The position numbers and the translations under genes are program-made. From contig NC_090349.1 in assembly GCF_035084215.1 (NCBI RefSeq), positions 26,660,001 through 26,724,000 of the forward strand: a stretch of 64,000 bases of DNA, given 5' to 3'. Positions 13,101-27,440 of the stretch are shown in pieces. Under the pieces are notes generated by a model. It searched no databases, was not told where the DNA came from, and was given only the letters and a program-made list of their open reading frames with translations. Origin of the DNA: Heptranchias perlo. Lineage: Eukaryota. The stretch's first letter is position 1. Each line of letters opens with the position of its first letter.

Positions 13101-13658
13101 AAAATAAAAACCATTACTGTATACTGTACAACTCCTGACAGGTCTCATTTTGCAGACGGTCAGAAATAACTTACTCCAGCATTCCTAAGGGGGAGCAATA
13201 ACTCAAAAGCAGAAAGACATGCAACAAACTGAGGGGAAAAATGAAAACCATCCTACACAAGTCTCAAGCAATCTTTTACAAGGTACTGCCCTATAAAAGT
13301 GCTTACTTCAAATAAAAGAGGTTTGTCACCATTCTCTCTAAACATCAATGAAGTGTTGTCAGTACCATAAGTGGAGCAGGAATACTCAGCAGTCAGTTGT
13401 GTGTTGGTAATTTATGTGCCTATAATTACCTACCAAGCTCAATTAACAGTAATTTTCTTTAGATGTATAAAATCAATTTTCAAATGATAACTGGAGGATG
13501 TGAAATCTTCTCCAAACAACAACATGGTGTAAATAAGTTGAGTTCTCAAACAAGGTTCCTAAATTGCCTGGTATGAGGAAACTTTGGGAAGGCACAGTGC
13601 TAATGGATCCAAGTAGAATGCTTCTAATGCATCAAATGTTCAACCACATCCAGGAACT

Positions 13659-13727
13659 TCAGTCAGCTGCTGCATCTTGGAAAAACGGATTGCTCGTATT
13701 AGGGGAATCAATGTCTTCTTCTTGTTC
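13659..13727 (-). CDS. GPN3: GPN3 exon 8 (terminal coding part)
   Basis: ttacag|[22 protein letters not shown]; acidic tail like other GPN3 C-termini. Confidence 0.85.
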   Translation of the reverse strand, partial: EQEEDIDSPNTSNPFFQDAAAD

Positions 13728-16700
13728 CTGTAATAAAGGGTCTATTAGCAAATTTAATTATGCAAGCAAGTTCTGAAAGCCTCAGCTGTTTCAATGCACA
13801 CTTTTGTAACTGAACAGTGTACAGTTTTAAAATATATTACACAGCAAAGTCACTTAATTAAATTATATATTATCACAAGGGTGACTTTTGATAAGTTCAT
13901 TGCAATTTTTTTTTTAGTTCAGAAGTTATTCTAAGGGAAACAAAGGACAGTATAAGCAAAACCAGAGCAGGAATACATTAAAGAAGGGTACTCAATTTAT
14001 TGGACTGTACATCTTCGCACAGGTTCACCGCACAGCATTATCCACTGGAAATTAATCTTTCCTACCCCCTTCTCTCCTGAAGAGTGACTCATCCTAGAGT
14101 GTAGCCCCACAGGGTCAGGAACCCTCTAGTATTTAATCCAAGTGCCCATTCTTTATGTGACCCTACACATTGCGAGTGTGCATGCATTTTCAACTGTAGG
14201 AGACATCACAGCAGAACCTGGTCCTATCATTACCCAACATATACTTGACTTGACAGCCACAGATCCTCAGGTCTGTCAGTCACTACAACTGATTTCAATC
14301 TGTTGAAGTAGTTTTAATTTCTTTAGTTCTTGACCAGGCTGGAGAGCAAGGCACTCCTGTTGAACAAGGAAACTAGATACAGCCGTGCTTAAATCACTTC
14401 AAGTATGTCACCTACTAACCCATCATGGAATATCTATGGCTCAGAGACAGTCCTGCCCACTAGGCTGAAGGAGATTGGATGGTGGGCGGGGGAAAACAGA
14501 CAGTATCACTACAGAAATCCTACACAAACAATCTATACATCACTCACCTTTGGTTCTTTGACTTCAAAGTCCTCTCCATACTGAATGGAAAAGTCAATGT
14601 GCTGCAAGACTATGTTAACACATTCTTCATCTGAACGATCAAATGGCAAAAAACGAACCATACTGTAGTCATCAATCTAAACAGACAAATAAAAGACAAA
14701 TGTTTAACATACAACAAGTCTTCCCAATGGCACCATCCTGATACAGCCTATAAAATTCCAGATCTCATAATTTTCACTATAGACAATAGCGTTTTAGCTA
14801 ACATTTAAAAACAATTAAATTGTTCAAAACACACACATAAATAGAATGTCATTAGAAAAAAAACTGGTGCCTTTGAAAATGCTTTACAAATGCTCAATGT
14901 ACTTCCAATTTTTGACAAAGGACCAATATAAATCAGATTTGGATTGTCATAGTATTGTTGTCTTTGGTTTCATCCAGTACAATGGCCTGGAATTTCCTGA
15001 AAATATGCAACGTATTAATGGTATATGCCATTACTATGGCTCAGATTCTCTAGGCAATGACATAGATGACTCAAGCCATTACTTGGGCCACCCAAACGTT
15101 CCTGGGACCCTCTCTGCAGTGCTTCACGGTGACCCTCGCTAAAACAGTGAAAATCCTATTATCATAACTCCGCCCCCTATAAAATCAATGGTGATGTCCA
15201 ATTTGCTGCACTAACACTGCTTTGATCGCTGCTGCCATGTAGACGGAACCAGAATGGTGCGGATGACCTGGAAGCATCATGATTTGTATTGAAGGAAGAT
15301 TAATGCAAAATTTCACCGGAGAACTTCAAGCTGAAAAGGCACTGGCTTAGTAAGACAATTATATTTAGTAGAATAAACACAAATTGAGATGTGTATATGG
15401 ATATAGCAAAGCCAGTCGAACACACTGTTGTGGTTGAAGACGCTGGCTGACAAGAAGCAGAATTTTTAACCTGTGCAAATATCAATGCCTTTGACAATAA
15501 CTTTTTAAAAGACAACTATAGCTGATTTAGTTAAATGGTTCATTTACCCTATCTGGAAAAACAGGATTGAAATGAGTTGGTAGTAGGTCTCCAGGCTGCT
15601 CTTTCTGACTCTTGCAGTTCATGGCAGATCTTCCATCATCCAGGTCTCTTTAATCACTTATGCTTTAACATTTATCCAAAGTTAACATTTAACTTTGGAT
15701 TATCTCCAAATAATTAATTTAATATTTGGTATCCTATTGAGAGATTGCCACATCTTCTTAGCTTTTTAGCTGTTGGGAGTTATGGGATCAATACATTTGC
15801 CATTGACTGTGCCCCATCCGAATGGCCACTAAGGGTATTCTAATGAGTTCTCCAGCAAATTTTGGCATAAATTCGCCACTGAAGGATCGGGGTGTACAAC
15901 GGTCTAACTTATGGTTTTTCTGGCCAAATGCACCATTCCAGGAAATTCGAGGTTATCGAATTGGAGTGTAGTGTACAAACACTTAACTATTGGTGAACAA
16001 GATAAAAAGTGAAATGTCATGCAAATAAAATATTCAAACAGTTATTGAAAGGTAACAACGCACTGTGACATGACGTTGAGACAGTCTGACTCAGCCTCAG
16101 TTGATCTCTATCCTCAGTTTGGCAGTGTATTACAGTCTGCACCTCCTCCCACCTCTAATTTTCCCCTTTTAGCCTTCTACTAAATTTTAAAATCCTTTTA
16201 GTCTCTAATGTCCTACATCATTGCCATGTGTTCTAGTCAGCAGAAGGCAGCAATGCCAAGGCCACTGACTTAACCATGACTGATATCAATGTTGTCTGCA
16301 ATTGCCCAATGACAGGAGATGCAACATGTATATTCATTAAATAAGCATGCCTAATAACGTTTCACAAATGCCGAATAGATTCACTTGTTTGTGCAAAGGC
16401 AGATGAGTTCTATGTTGCTTACGTAATAACTAAATATAGGATTTAGTTGAGATAGGCTGATTCAAATACAGCATTTTTATGGTTTCAAATTAAGTTCATT
16501 AGAATTTGGTTTCTTTGATTTCAGCACATACTACTTACCAATCCACAAATTGCTTTGGTTAGTTTTTTGAATTTCTTGCTTTTCCAAATGTCATTCGAGT
16601 CCTGCATTAATGAATACATATCTGGGTCTAAATACCTTTAATGAAAGAAAACAGGATGGAAATATTATTGAAATAAATGCCCAAGAACTGTGTCAAAACA

Positions 16701-18463
16701 ATTTCTAAAGATAGTATATGAAAACTTTTGATATAAAACTGTTTTGCAAGTGAATCTTGGGACCTCACTGTGCGCAAAGTGATTTTTCCTTTGTTGTTCT
16801 GAGAACTCAATATAGTAAAGTGAACAAAATTAAATAGAAAAAAATACATGAAACAATTTTAGCATTACCACCTGAAATGAGTCCCTCCTACTTTTTGTTG
16901 CCTTGTAGCATTATCCTCATTGGAAATCCCATAGGGATGGAGAGAGAGTAAATGATGTAAAGTCAGAAGGTTGTGGATTCAAATCCCACTCCAGAGACTT
17001 GAGCACAAAATCCAAGCTGACAATCCAGTGCAATACTGAAGGAATGCTGCACTGTTGGAGGTACGGTCTTTCGGATGAGACATTAAACTGAGGCCCCATC
17101 TGCCCTCTGAGATGAACATAAAAGATCCCACGGCACTATTTGGAAGAAGAGCATGGATGAGAGTTCTCTCCGGTGTCCTGGCCAATGTTTATCCCTCAAC
17201 CACATTGCTGTCTGTGGGACCTCACTGTGCGCAAATTGGCTGCTGCGTTTCCTACAACAGTGACTATATTTCAAAAGTACTTAATTGGCTGTAAAGCGCT
17301 TTGGGACATCCTGAGGTTATGAAAGGCGCTATATAAATGCAAGTTCTTTCTTTCTTTAAAAAGCATTAAGTGTTTAACAAGTGAAGCAAGCAAGATTTTG
17401 AACATGCTATTTTTCTGGTCTTGGATGCGCTTGAACATGCAAACATGTACAAATACAAACCTTCGCTGTCAGACGAAGTCGTAACCCCTTCCCCCACTGG
17501 GGAAAAGTTCCACCACAAACAGGGGGAAAATCATCCACATAGCATTTGCCCATCGGAGCGAGTGGTGTTCAACCTCAACTTAAAGACACGAAAAATACCA
17601 AGCAGCTGGGCCTTCTTCCTGCAGTCTGACAGAGGAGATCCATACCGTACACTCTACTGAGGGAAGGGCATACTAGCCAAGGGGGAAGATGGGAATACAT
17701 TCTCCAGGCGTCACAACAACCACCGAAAGCCACCACTCTCCTAAGAAAGCTAGGGTAGCAACAGAGCATCTCTGTCCAGCTACCACCCCTCCCTACATGA
17801 CACGTGATATCAAGAAATGGCTGAGTGCACTGGATACAGCAAAGGCTTTTTGGGCCCCAATATCCCAGCTGTAGTGCTGAAGACTTGTGCTCCAGAACTA
17901 GCTGCGCCTCTAGCCAAGCTGTTCCAGTACAGCTACAACACTGGCATCTACCAGACAATGTGGAAAATTGCCCAGGTATGCCCTGTCCACAAAAAGCAGG
18001 ACAAATCCAATCCGGCCAATTACCGCCCCATCAGTCTACTCAATCATTAGCAAAGTGATGGAAGGTGTCGTTGACAGTGCTATCAAGCGGCACTTACTCA
18101 CCAATAACCTGCTCACTGATGCTCAGTTTGGGTTCCGCCAGGACCACTCGGCTCCAGACTCATTACAGCCTTGGTCCAAACATGGACAAAAGAGCTGAAT
18201 TCCAGAGGTGAGGTGAGAATGACTGCCCTTGACATCATACCTAGCACAAAGGAAGATGGTAGTGGTTGTTGGAGGCCAATTATCTCAGCCCCAGGGCATT
18301 GCTGCAGGAGTTCTTCATTTATCCCTCAACCAACACCACCAAAACTGATTATTTGGCGGTTTATCTCATTGCTATTTGTGGGACCTTGATGTTCGCAAAT
18401 TGGCTGCTGTTTCCCCCCCACATTACAACAGTGACTACACTTTAAGGCTGTGAGGAGCATATG

Positions 18464-18513
<50 letters not shown>

Positions 18514-21500
18514 ACATATTTTTAAAAATTAATTTGCCATGTAATACCACGACCAAAATCTACAATCGCATCAGTAAGTGAACAATTGCTAAATTCTGAA
18601 AATAATTCTCAGCTGTCACTGGTTATCCAAAAGCAATATAAAAGATGGTCAATATCCATCTCTGAAAATGTATACCAATAAAAAGTATATTACAATATGT
18701 AATATTCTATATATAAAATAGGTCCATCAGTCACAACATATAGTTTCACTTACTTTTCAATTTCTTTTTTTGCTTTCTTGTTAAGTAAATCCATTTTCGT
18801 CATAATATTGACCTGTGGAATTTCCAGACACACCATTGCACTGAGGGCTGCCATAACACCTGACACAAACTAAGAAAATTAGAATGTTACACATCAGCAC
18901 ATTTTAAAGTCAGATTTATGCCACGCACCTATAATTTGCAAAAGTCATTAACAGTTTATGCTTGCTGATAGAATAAGTTTGGACTAAATGTACTGCATAG
19001 AATGCTGAGCCATACAGACCAAAAAAGTCCCAGGTTCAATCCTTGGTCTTTGTTGACTTAGCTAATCCCAGTTTGAGTGATAGGGAAATGGCAACTGACC
19101 TCAGTGCCCTTAGGCTAGAAAGGGGAAACCCACACTCAGCAGAGTTCTCACTCCTGCTTGTTTATCCTCCCAAAAAGCCTAAGTGACATTAGATGGGGAC
19201 AGTATCAGACTCAGGACTGTTATCATTGCAGTTAAATAGCTTGTTGATACTCGTGATCTAGGTTCACATGAAGAACGGCAAGGTTGAAGATCCTGAGGAA
19301 TTGTACTCCAACACGAGTCACTGCCTTCAGAAGAAACAGGATGCGAGAAAAAGGAAGTAAAACTGAGGGGAAAAAAGTTTGGACCAAAGGTTTTACCCTT
19401 TTGCATATCACTCCATTTAATAAAAATAACATATGAAAACATCTCAGTTATGTAATAATTTGATGGTTACAAAGACTTCAAATGCAACGGTACAGGGTTA
19501 CTATGGCATTCTGATCAAGTGGTGATAACTACCTTAAAAGACTCCACCATAAATTGAGAGTCAACAAGAAATACTCCACAAACACGAAACTCCCACTGCT
19601 GTAACTGATCCACCAGCTGCTTCATTATTGGAAGGTGAGTGTATAACTCAATCTGACCTGTAAAGAAGGAATTAAAGACACATTAATGTACAAATCATTT
19701 GCAGATCCAGCAATCAAATATCATAGCACGTTATTACATATCAAATAAAGGGCTGAATTACAAAAGTGCACACAGTTTAAGTTGGTTTTGGACCAGGATA
19801 TGTAATACTATCACAACCACTGCAGGCTCAAAGCCCAAACCAAAATCACCTGATGGTATAGTGGTAAAAGAAACAGTATGGCATACCACCAAGCCAGACA
19901 GACCAAGCAGAGCGCATCCAAGCCTGAAACTGTGGCTAGAAAGTGCAGATGTGAATATTGATTGATGGAATAATCAGGGTTGGCTTTTCCTGCTTTCTCT
20001 TGACAGTCAGGTCACACGATTGAATTGGCCAATGATGCTCACTGTCCAAACTCTATCACGTAATGGCTTTCGGGAAATGTATCAGGGGCTGTTGACACTT
20101 GCATCTCAAGAGTCAGCACCTTCAGGAGAGGGGGGGAAATAATTGGGGAGAGCCCAAAATTGATAACCTAGTAACTCAATAATGCACTTCAGTAATCCGC
20201 TCCTTTGACCAGATTTTTTTTTTAAATTGGCAACTACCATCGTGTCAGGATTGTAATATAGTATGCATTTTGCTGCACATTATCAATATACAATGCTAAG
20301 CTGAATGTTGTTAGAACTTAATTGCATTGACAAAAATGAACACAAAGTTTAAACAAACAAAATTCTCATCAGGAGGTAAACAGCTCTTTAGGGTTGATTT
20401 TTCCCCTGCCCCTTAAAAAAATTCTCCTTTTCTTTTGGTTTCTTTTCCAAAACAGCTACTGGGTGGTGTAATCATGCATTTGTCAACATTCCCTCCATTT
20501 TTTGGTTTCCTGCTCTGGACTGATGAGCCATGACTAGAAAAATCAGCCAAAAGTCTATGTTCTGCCTCATCTTATTACTTCATTACCAGAATACTGTAGG
20601 AAACAAATCAATTTCTACCTACCTGGACAATCAAAAAGTATATAGTCATCCTCCACATGACCTAGGCAATCTGCCAGCCAATCAAAGTTGTTAGCAAAGT
20701 ATTCCATACAGAAAATGAGTCCACCATTTGGGCCGAACCTCAAAGAGTCATCTTCCATTACATCGTCCACTTGGATGAGCTCCCGGATATCTGTGTCCAA
20801 TAATAGTAGAAAGTGTAACTCAGTTAGGAAAATCCAGTTTTAAAACTGGACATCTTATCAAAATCATCATTTAAAAACAACTCAAGTATATCCACCATAC
20901 CGAAGTATTATTCTGGAATAAAACTGTTGACAGAAAAGATAATTTGCTACAACAGTAATTTATTTATTAATACAGCTGTTCAAAATCATGAAAGGTTTTG
21001 GTAGAGTAAGTGAGGAGACATTGTTTCCAGTGGTAGGAGGGTCGGTAACCAGAGGACACAGATTTAAGGTAATTGGCAAAAGAACCAGAGGCACGATGAG
21101 GAGATTTTTTTTTTAAAACGCAGCAACTTATGATCTGGGATGCACTGTCTGAACGAGTGGTGGAAGCAGATTCAATAATAACTTTCAAAAGGGAATTGGA
21201 TAAATACTTGAAGGGGAAAAATTTACAGGGCTATGGGGAAAGAGCAGGGGAGTGGGACTAATTGGATAGCTCTTTTAAATAGCTGGCACAGGCATGATGG
21301 GTCAAATGGCCGCCTTCTGTACTGTATCATTCTATGATTCTATTTATGGAATTTATTCTATGGAATATAACCTTAAGTTCTACTTAAGAGGAGTTGACAT
21401 TGGCTGTACATCATTTCCAATTACCTTACAGTTATCGAGTGAGTCCTTGTGAGAGCAGGGATAACCATCTATGTATAAAGTGTTGGTTATGATTTATTGT

Positions 21501-24500
21501 AGTTTTCAGCTCAGTAAATGAAGAACACATAAGTAGGCAAGTAGTGCACACTGGCATAGTTTAGCCTGCAGAAGTGACTTTGACCCAAAGAACAGACTTG
21601 TGTGCAAACTATTAGGGTACAGGAGACATTTTTGTTCATCTAACTTCAATGCTTTTATTAAAACTCATAACATACCCCAAATGTAAAAAGGATTTTTATG
21701 CATTTCATATTAGCAGTCGAACAATACTCAGCAAAACAAAAAAAAACAGGCTCTCATCCATTTTAAGATTATGAAGGGGACTGACAAAACAGGCATTTAG
21801 TTTTTAAAAAAATCAGGAAATTAAAAAGTAATTAAGGAACTCAGGCAGATTTTTTTTGCATCAGACTTGTGAAATAAGTCACATGGGAAGGTAATTAAGG
21901 AAAAGCATAAATGGGTTGAAGAGGCAACTAGCTAAGTTTTGGAAAAGGAAAAAGGATCGAGGGATATGGTGGTAAAATGGGGTTACTGGTATATCAATTC
22001 TTGTTACAGGGTAATGTGAAATGGCTTTCTATTAAATATTATTCACTTATCAGCAACTCCAGTGATATTCTAAGAGAATTTTCTATTCCAGAAATTGTTT
22101 TATTACATTCCAGTAGATCTTTGTAAGAGTTTACCATCACAAAGAAATTTTGTTTGCAATGACAAAATGTCACTACATTACCAGTTTTATGCAGAATATA
22201 CATACACAATGTACCATGTTCAAGGTCTGTACACTTATGCTGGAAAGTCAAATTACTAAACCACTTGTTTTGTTTATGTTTTCAAAAGAACATTTAAAAT
22301 GGTGATCAAGAGAGTCCAGGAGAAATAAAAAGCAAGAACAAGCTAGCCAGTAATGATATGTCATGGATGAATAAAGAAGTAAAGACAAAATTGAAACTAA
22401 AGAAAAAGCAAACATTGAGTACATAGACAACAAAGGAGAGAATGATAAAAGTGAATACAAAAAGATTAGGAAAGAAGTTTAAAAAAAACAATTAGGAAGG
22501 CAAAGAGAAACTATGAAATTAAAATTATCAAGGAATATAAAAAGAGTGAAGTATTCTACAGGCACATAAATAACAAAAGAAAAATAAGGATAGGGATGGG
22601 ACCACTAAGGGATACACACCATAAACTCACAGGTACAGCAAAATGGCAGAAATATTAAATAATTACTTTGCCTCAGTATTTAACAAGGTGGGCATGACAT
22701 TAGAAGAAGCGATCAAAAAATATATAAAGACATTTAAGATAGAAAGGGGGGGGGGGGGGGGGGGGAGGTAGATAATTGATAAACTAATCAAACCTAGAGA
22801 GGATAAAAGCCCTGGTCCGGATGGACTGCATCCGCACATATTAAAATAAGTTAGGGAGGAGATAGCAGAGGCACTATTATATATATATATATATAAAAAA
22901 ATTCTTTAGAAAAGGGAATAGTGCCAGAGGACTGGCGGACAGCTAATTTGATTCCTATATTTAAAAAGAGACACAGAACCAGTCCAGGGAAATTATAGAC
23001 CAATTAGCTTAACGTCAGTAGTAGGAAAGATAATGGGATCTTTACTCAAAGATGTAATAGAAAAACATCTAGAAACCAAAAATATAATAAAGCACGAATT
23101 TCAAAAGGGAAAGTCATGCTTGACCAGCCTTACTGAATTCTTTGAAAAAGTAACAGAAAGGGTAGACAAGGGTAATGCAGTAGATATAATAAATCTGGAT
23201 TTTCAAAAGGCCTTCCATAAGGTATCGCATAGTAGACTTATGACTAAGGTCAGAGCATGTGGAGTCAGGGGACAGGTAGCAGAATGGATAACAAGCTGGC
23301 TACAAAACAGAAAACAAAGAGTAGGGGTTAAGGGTACTCAAACTGGCAAAAGGTGGGAAGTGGTGTTCCACAAGGATCGGTGCTGGGACCACTATTGTTC
23401 ACTATTTCCATAAACGATTTGGACTCGGGAATCGGAGTATAATTTCAAAATTTGCAGACGACACCAAATTGGGGGGTATAATTAATACCGAGGACGACTG
23501 TGACAAAATACAGGAAGACATTAATAAACTTACAGAATGGGCATGTAGTTGGCTAATCAATTTCAATATAGATGTGTGAGGTCTTACATTTTGGTCGGAA
23601 GAATAAGAGGGCCACATACTATTTGGATAACAAGAGTCTAAATGGGGTAAAGGAGCAGAGGGATCTGGGGGTACAGATACGCAAATCACTAAAAGTAGCG
23701 ACACAAGTTAATAGGACAATAAAAAAAAGCAAACCAGCAGTGGGGTTCATTTCTAGAGGGATAGAATTGAAAAGCAGAGAAATTATGTAAACTTGCAAAG
23801 AACCTCAGTTAGATCACACTTGGAATACTGTGAACAGTTCTGGTGTCCATATTATAAAAAGAATATAGAGGCACTGGAGAAGGTGCAAAAAAGATTTAAT
23901 AGGATGATACCAGAAATGAGAGAATATACTTATCAGGAAAGGCTGAACAGGCCGGGGCTCTTTTCTCTAGAAAAGAGAAGGCTGAGGGATGACCCGATAG
24001 AGGTCTTTAAGATCATGAAAGAATTTGATAGGGTAGACATAGAGAAGACGTTTCCACTTGCGGGAAAGACCAGAACTAGGGGCCATAAATATAAGATAGT
24101 CACTAATAAATCCAATAGGGAATTCAGGAGAAACTTCTTTACCCAGAGAGTGGTTAGAATGTGGAACTCGCTACCACAAGGAGTACTTGAGGCGAATAGC
24201 ATAGATGCATTTAAGGGGAAGCTAGATAAACACATGAGGGGGAAAGGAATAAAAGGGTATGCTGAAAGGGTTAGATGAAGTAGGGAGGGAGGAGGTTCAT
24301 GTGGAGCATAAACACCGGTATGGACCTGTTGGGCCAAATGGCCTGTTTCTGTGCTGTGCATTCTATGTAACAGGTTAAACAATGAACTGCAAAGTCATAA
24401 GTCAACCCACCTGCCAAGACAGGATAGTCAAAGTATTCTGCAGCAGGGTCAAGGTTCACCACCTGCACAGATCGATTCAACACCTCACAGTGCTGCTGCA

Positions 24501-27254
24501 TAGTGGAACAGTAAGTGCTCTGAAATGAAAGACAGCAAATCGAGCTTCTAATTTAAACATCTCGTTCTAAATATACAGCTGAAACACACAAAAAAAATCT
24601 CCCAAACCTGTTCACTTATAGTAAAACAATTCCTAGTTTGATGACTACAGATTTGCAACATTCTGTCACTCTAGAAGTGTGCAAATGTCACTTCTGAACC
24701 TAGTGACATTCATCAATCTAATTATGTTTAGTTTAGTCAGAATAAGAGCTCATAAAAAGAGTTTTAAAGGCTCTGCAGGCATTATTTTCCCATATAATTA
24801 CTGCAGTGAAGACTCTACTATCCACCATCTAATCTTTTTGGGGAAAGAGCATAATGAATATTTGACATAGCACAGTATAACAAAGTAATTTTATCAAAGG
24901 ATTCAGATGATTTTGTAAACTACAAAGAATAAAATCCAAAATAAGATTACTGTAATCACTGGTGTTTTTGTAAAATAACAGGTTTGTAATGAAGTTTTAG
25001 TATCCTTTGAAGGTTACTGAAAACCATATAACCTAAAAAAAAAATTGCACAATATGGTTCACTAGATACAATTTTCTTTAAAGTTTATTACTAATGAAGT
25101 CGCATAAATAGGGACATGGAGTACAATGGAAAAGAATTAATAATTTGTACAAAACATTGGTTAGGCCACAGTTAGAATCGCAAGAGCAGTTTTAAGTACC
25201 CCATTATAGAAAAGACATAAAAGCCCTAGCGAGTGTACAGCATAGATTCATCAGAATGATGCCGGGGTGGGAAGTTACAGTTAAGGGGAGAGACTTGAGA
25301 TGCTGGGACTAATTCCCCTGGAGCAGAGAAGAGATTTAACAGAGGCTTTTGAAATTATGGAGGATTTTGATAGAATAAAGATTGTGGAGTCATTGACGAA
25401 GGGTCATCAATTTAAAATTGTCAATGAGAGTGAGCAGGGAGTAAAAAGAAATTTCATAACACAGTTGTTGACATATGGAATCCTTTGCTACAGAGTGTGT
25501 TGAGGTAGGGACCATTGCATCTTTTAAGGAAAAAGTGGATAAATCTTTGAAGCAGAGAATGTTATGGGGCTATGGGGAGAGAGCAAGATAATGGGATTAG
25601 TTTTGGATTGCTCTAGTAAAAAGTCAGAACAGACAAGGCTGAATGGCCTGCTTCTGTGCTGCAAACTTTTATGGTTCTATGTTGCATCAATGCTACAGAC
25701 TGTGTGAAAGCCTCTTTAGTTTAATAATAAGCAAGGAATATTTTACATCTCAACCACCTATTATGTCCATATAATGAAAAACATTTTAATTATAACAAAA
25801 AAGTTTTACCAGAGGCTGTGGGAGTTCTCCTGACAATATTGTTATAGTATTTTTTTTTATAATAAAGCCAAGGTCACAGGTTTAAGTCCCACTCCAGAAA
25901 CTTGAGGACATAATGTAGGCTGACACGTCACTGCAGTACTAAGGAAGCACTGCAATGTCAGAGGTGTCATCTTTCGGATGAGACTTTAATCTGAGGTCCC
26001 GCCTGCCTTCTCAGGTGGACACAAAAGATACTATGGTATTATTGGAAAAAGAGCAGGGGAGTTCTCCCTATGTCTTGGCCAATATTTATCCTTCAACCAA
26101 CATCACTAAAACAGATTATCTGATCACTATTTCATTGCTGTTTGTACGATCTTGCTGAGCGCAAATTGGCAGCCACATTTCCCTACATTACACAAGTATT
26201 TCATTAGCTGTAAAGCACTTAGGGACATCCAAGTTCTTTCCTTTCTTTAAATTTGGTAATAATGTAATGGGTAACAAAACCCAAAGATCAAAATTATACT
26301 GCAGCAGTAAAAGATGGTTTTTTGAAAAAGGGCAAAGGAGGGCTCACAACACTTGGGTTTACTATTTTTCCAGGTCAGATAGAGACTGGACAATTGATTT
26401 TACTGTCACTTATCTCATTGATGCACTCCTGAAACTAGTTCACACTGACGTGAAGATAGTTTAACTGCACCCTAAAATAAACAAACCAGAATATCAATAA
26501 CTGCAGCACTGGGCACCCCAACATTTATGTGTTTGAAGAGTGCATTTTTTGGGTACAAGTTGGAATTCCGTTACCTCCAAACTCCACGTTTTCAAAGCTC
26601 ATCCAGGACTCTGCTCCCCTCATCCTTCATCCTGCGCTAAGCCCTGTTCACCCACCACATCCATCTTTTCTGCCTTCTATTAGCTCCTTGTCCCTAAGAG
26701 TGAAGGGGGGGGTGGGGGAGGCTCGTGTGGAGTATAAACACTGGCAAAGACCAGTTGGGCCGAATAGTCTGTTTCTGTGCTGTAGGTTCTATGTAATTCC
26801 AGGAAAGCATAGCATTCAAAATCTTCCTGCTCATTCACAAACTTCTCCATGGTCTCATCCCACCCACCCTGACTCTACAACTTCCTCCAGCCCTACATCT
26901 CAGCCTGTGCCTTTCGGCCCTCTGACTCTAGCCGCCTGTGTATCCCCCCCCCCCCCCCCCAATCCCCTTCTGTCCAGTGGCGGAATCGCCCGCCCTCTTC
27001 CCCACTATCTTGAACTCATTCCCTTAAAGCCTCTTCTCCCCACCTTCTGACAATCTAACTTGTGACCATGCTTTGGCCCATCTCTCCCACTGCCCAACAT
27101 CCTCTGTGAACCACCTTGTTTACCACCCCAACGGTACTACATAAAAGCACGATGATAATGATGTTGCTGCTGCTGCTGCTGCCGGAGTCTGTAACGTGTT
27201 AACTACCTTCCCGCTGCCGGCAGGGCCCATCACTAGCTGCGCGAATCGAGGCAT
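13659..27254 (-). CDS. GPN3: GPN-loop GTPase 3, complete 8-exon CDS (861 nt, 286 aa)
   Basis: Exons 27207-27254, 24411-24519, 20623-20790, 19533-19657, 18754-18869, 16539-16635, 14548-14676, 13659-13727. All GT-AG and phase-consistent. Contains the P-loop GPAGSGKST, GPNG motif, DCPGQIE and TKMD. Confidence 0.97.
14548..14676 (-). CDS. GPN3: GPN3 exon 7
   Basis: gtttag|[43 protein letters not shown]|gtgagt. Confidence 0.96.
14984..15954. mobile_element. MITE-like element (Harbinger-like TIRs) in GPN3 intron 6
   Basis: GGCCTGGAATTTCCTG ... CAGGAAATTCGAGGTT imperfect TIRs (13/16). Confidence 0.55.
16539..16635 (-). CDS. GPN3: GPN3 exon 6
   Basis: ttaaag|[32 protein letters not shown]|gtaagt. 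Confidence 0.95.
16958..17356 (+). mobile_element. Deu-domain SINE (SacSINE1/AmnSINE1-like)
   Basis: B-box GGATTCAAATCCC; Deu core GCTGCACTGTTGGAGGT...TTTCGGATGAGAC...AAAGATCCC; L2-like tail GCGCTATATAAATGCAAG. Confidence 0.85.
17801..18316 (+). mobile_element. Internal RT fragment of the same LINE family, with an internal deletion
   Basis: [18 protein letters not shown]...NYRPISL...QFGFRQ matches the RT region of 47601-50861. Confidence 0.9.
18466..18510. repeat. (TG)n microsatellite
   Basis: Direct reading. Confidence 0.95.
18754..18869 (-). CDS. GPN3: GPN3 exon 5
   Basis: tcttag|[38 protein letters not shown]|gtaagt. Confidence 0.96.
19533..19657 (-). CDS. GPN3: GPN3 exon 4
   Basis: ttacag|[41 protein letters not shown]|gtagtt. 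Confidence 0.96.
20623..20790 (-). CDS. GPN3: GPN3 exon 3
   Basis: acacag|[55 protein letters not shown]|gtaggt. Confidence 0.97.
20970..21342 (+). mobile_element. CR1/L3 3' fragment
   Basis: Same 3' region; ends in a (ATTCTATG)n-type tail. Confidence 0.88.
22270..24370 (+). mobile_element. CR1/L3 LINE, 5'-truncated RT region in GPN3 intron 2
   Basis: [20 protein letters not shown]-like and FADD motifs, C-terminal ORF 23793-24278, ATTCTATG tail; internal poly-G and (TA)n. Confidence 0.93.
24411..24519 (-). CDS. GPN3: GPN3 exon 2
   Basis: tttcag|[36 protein letters not shown]|gtgggt. Confidence 0.96.
25090..25682 (+). mobile_element. Decayed CR1/L3 3' fragment
   Basis: Degenerate RT C-terminus and TTCTATG tail. 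Confidence 0.8.
25872..26245 (+). mobile_element. Deu-domain SINE
   Basis: Same core as 16958-17356. Confidence 0.8.
26820..27182 (+). mobile_element. Old L2 3' end in GPN3 intron 1
   Basis: Degenerate L2 C-terminus and tail, ending in (GCT)n. Confidence 0.6.
27207..27254 (-). CDS. GPN3: GPN3 exon 1
   Basis: [16 protein letters not shown]|gtagtt. Confidence 0.95.
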
Positions 27255-27440
27255 CTCGCCGCCGGTAACCCGCGAGCGGCATCAACCGAATATCAGGGGG
27301 TCGGAGCGCCACATCCCAAACTACAACTTCCGCCTACGGCAGCTCCTTTGTAAGAACGTTGACCCAAACGCACATTTCGAAATGCCCGCATGAAGAGTGT
27401 CCTTCAAACAACAACTTGCGTTGACATCGCGTCTTTAACG
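27255..27440 (-). promoter_or_regulatory. GPN3 CpG-rich promoter with ACTACAACTTCCG (ZNF143/THAP11-like plus ETS) motif at 27320-27332
   Basis: CpG-dense stretch upstream of the ATG; motif read from sequence. Confidence 0.55.

Noticed and set aside
23793-24278. 161-aa ORF as a host gene
   Set aside because: It is the C-terminus of a CR1 ORF2 inside a frameshifted LINE copy.
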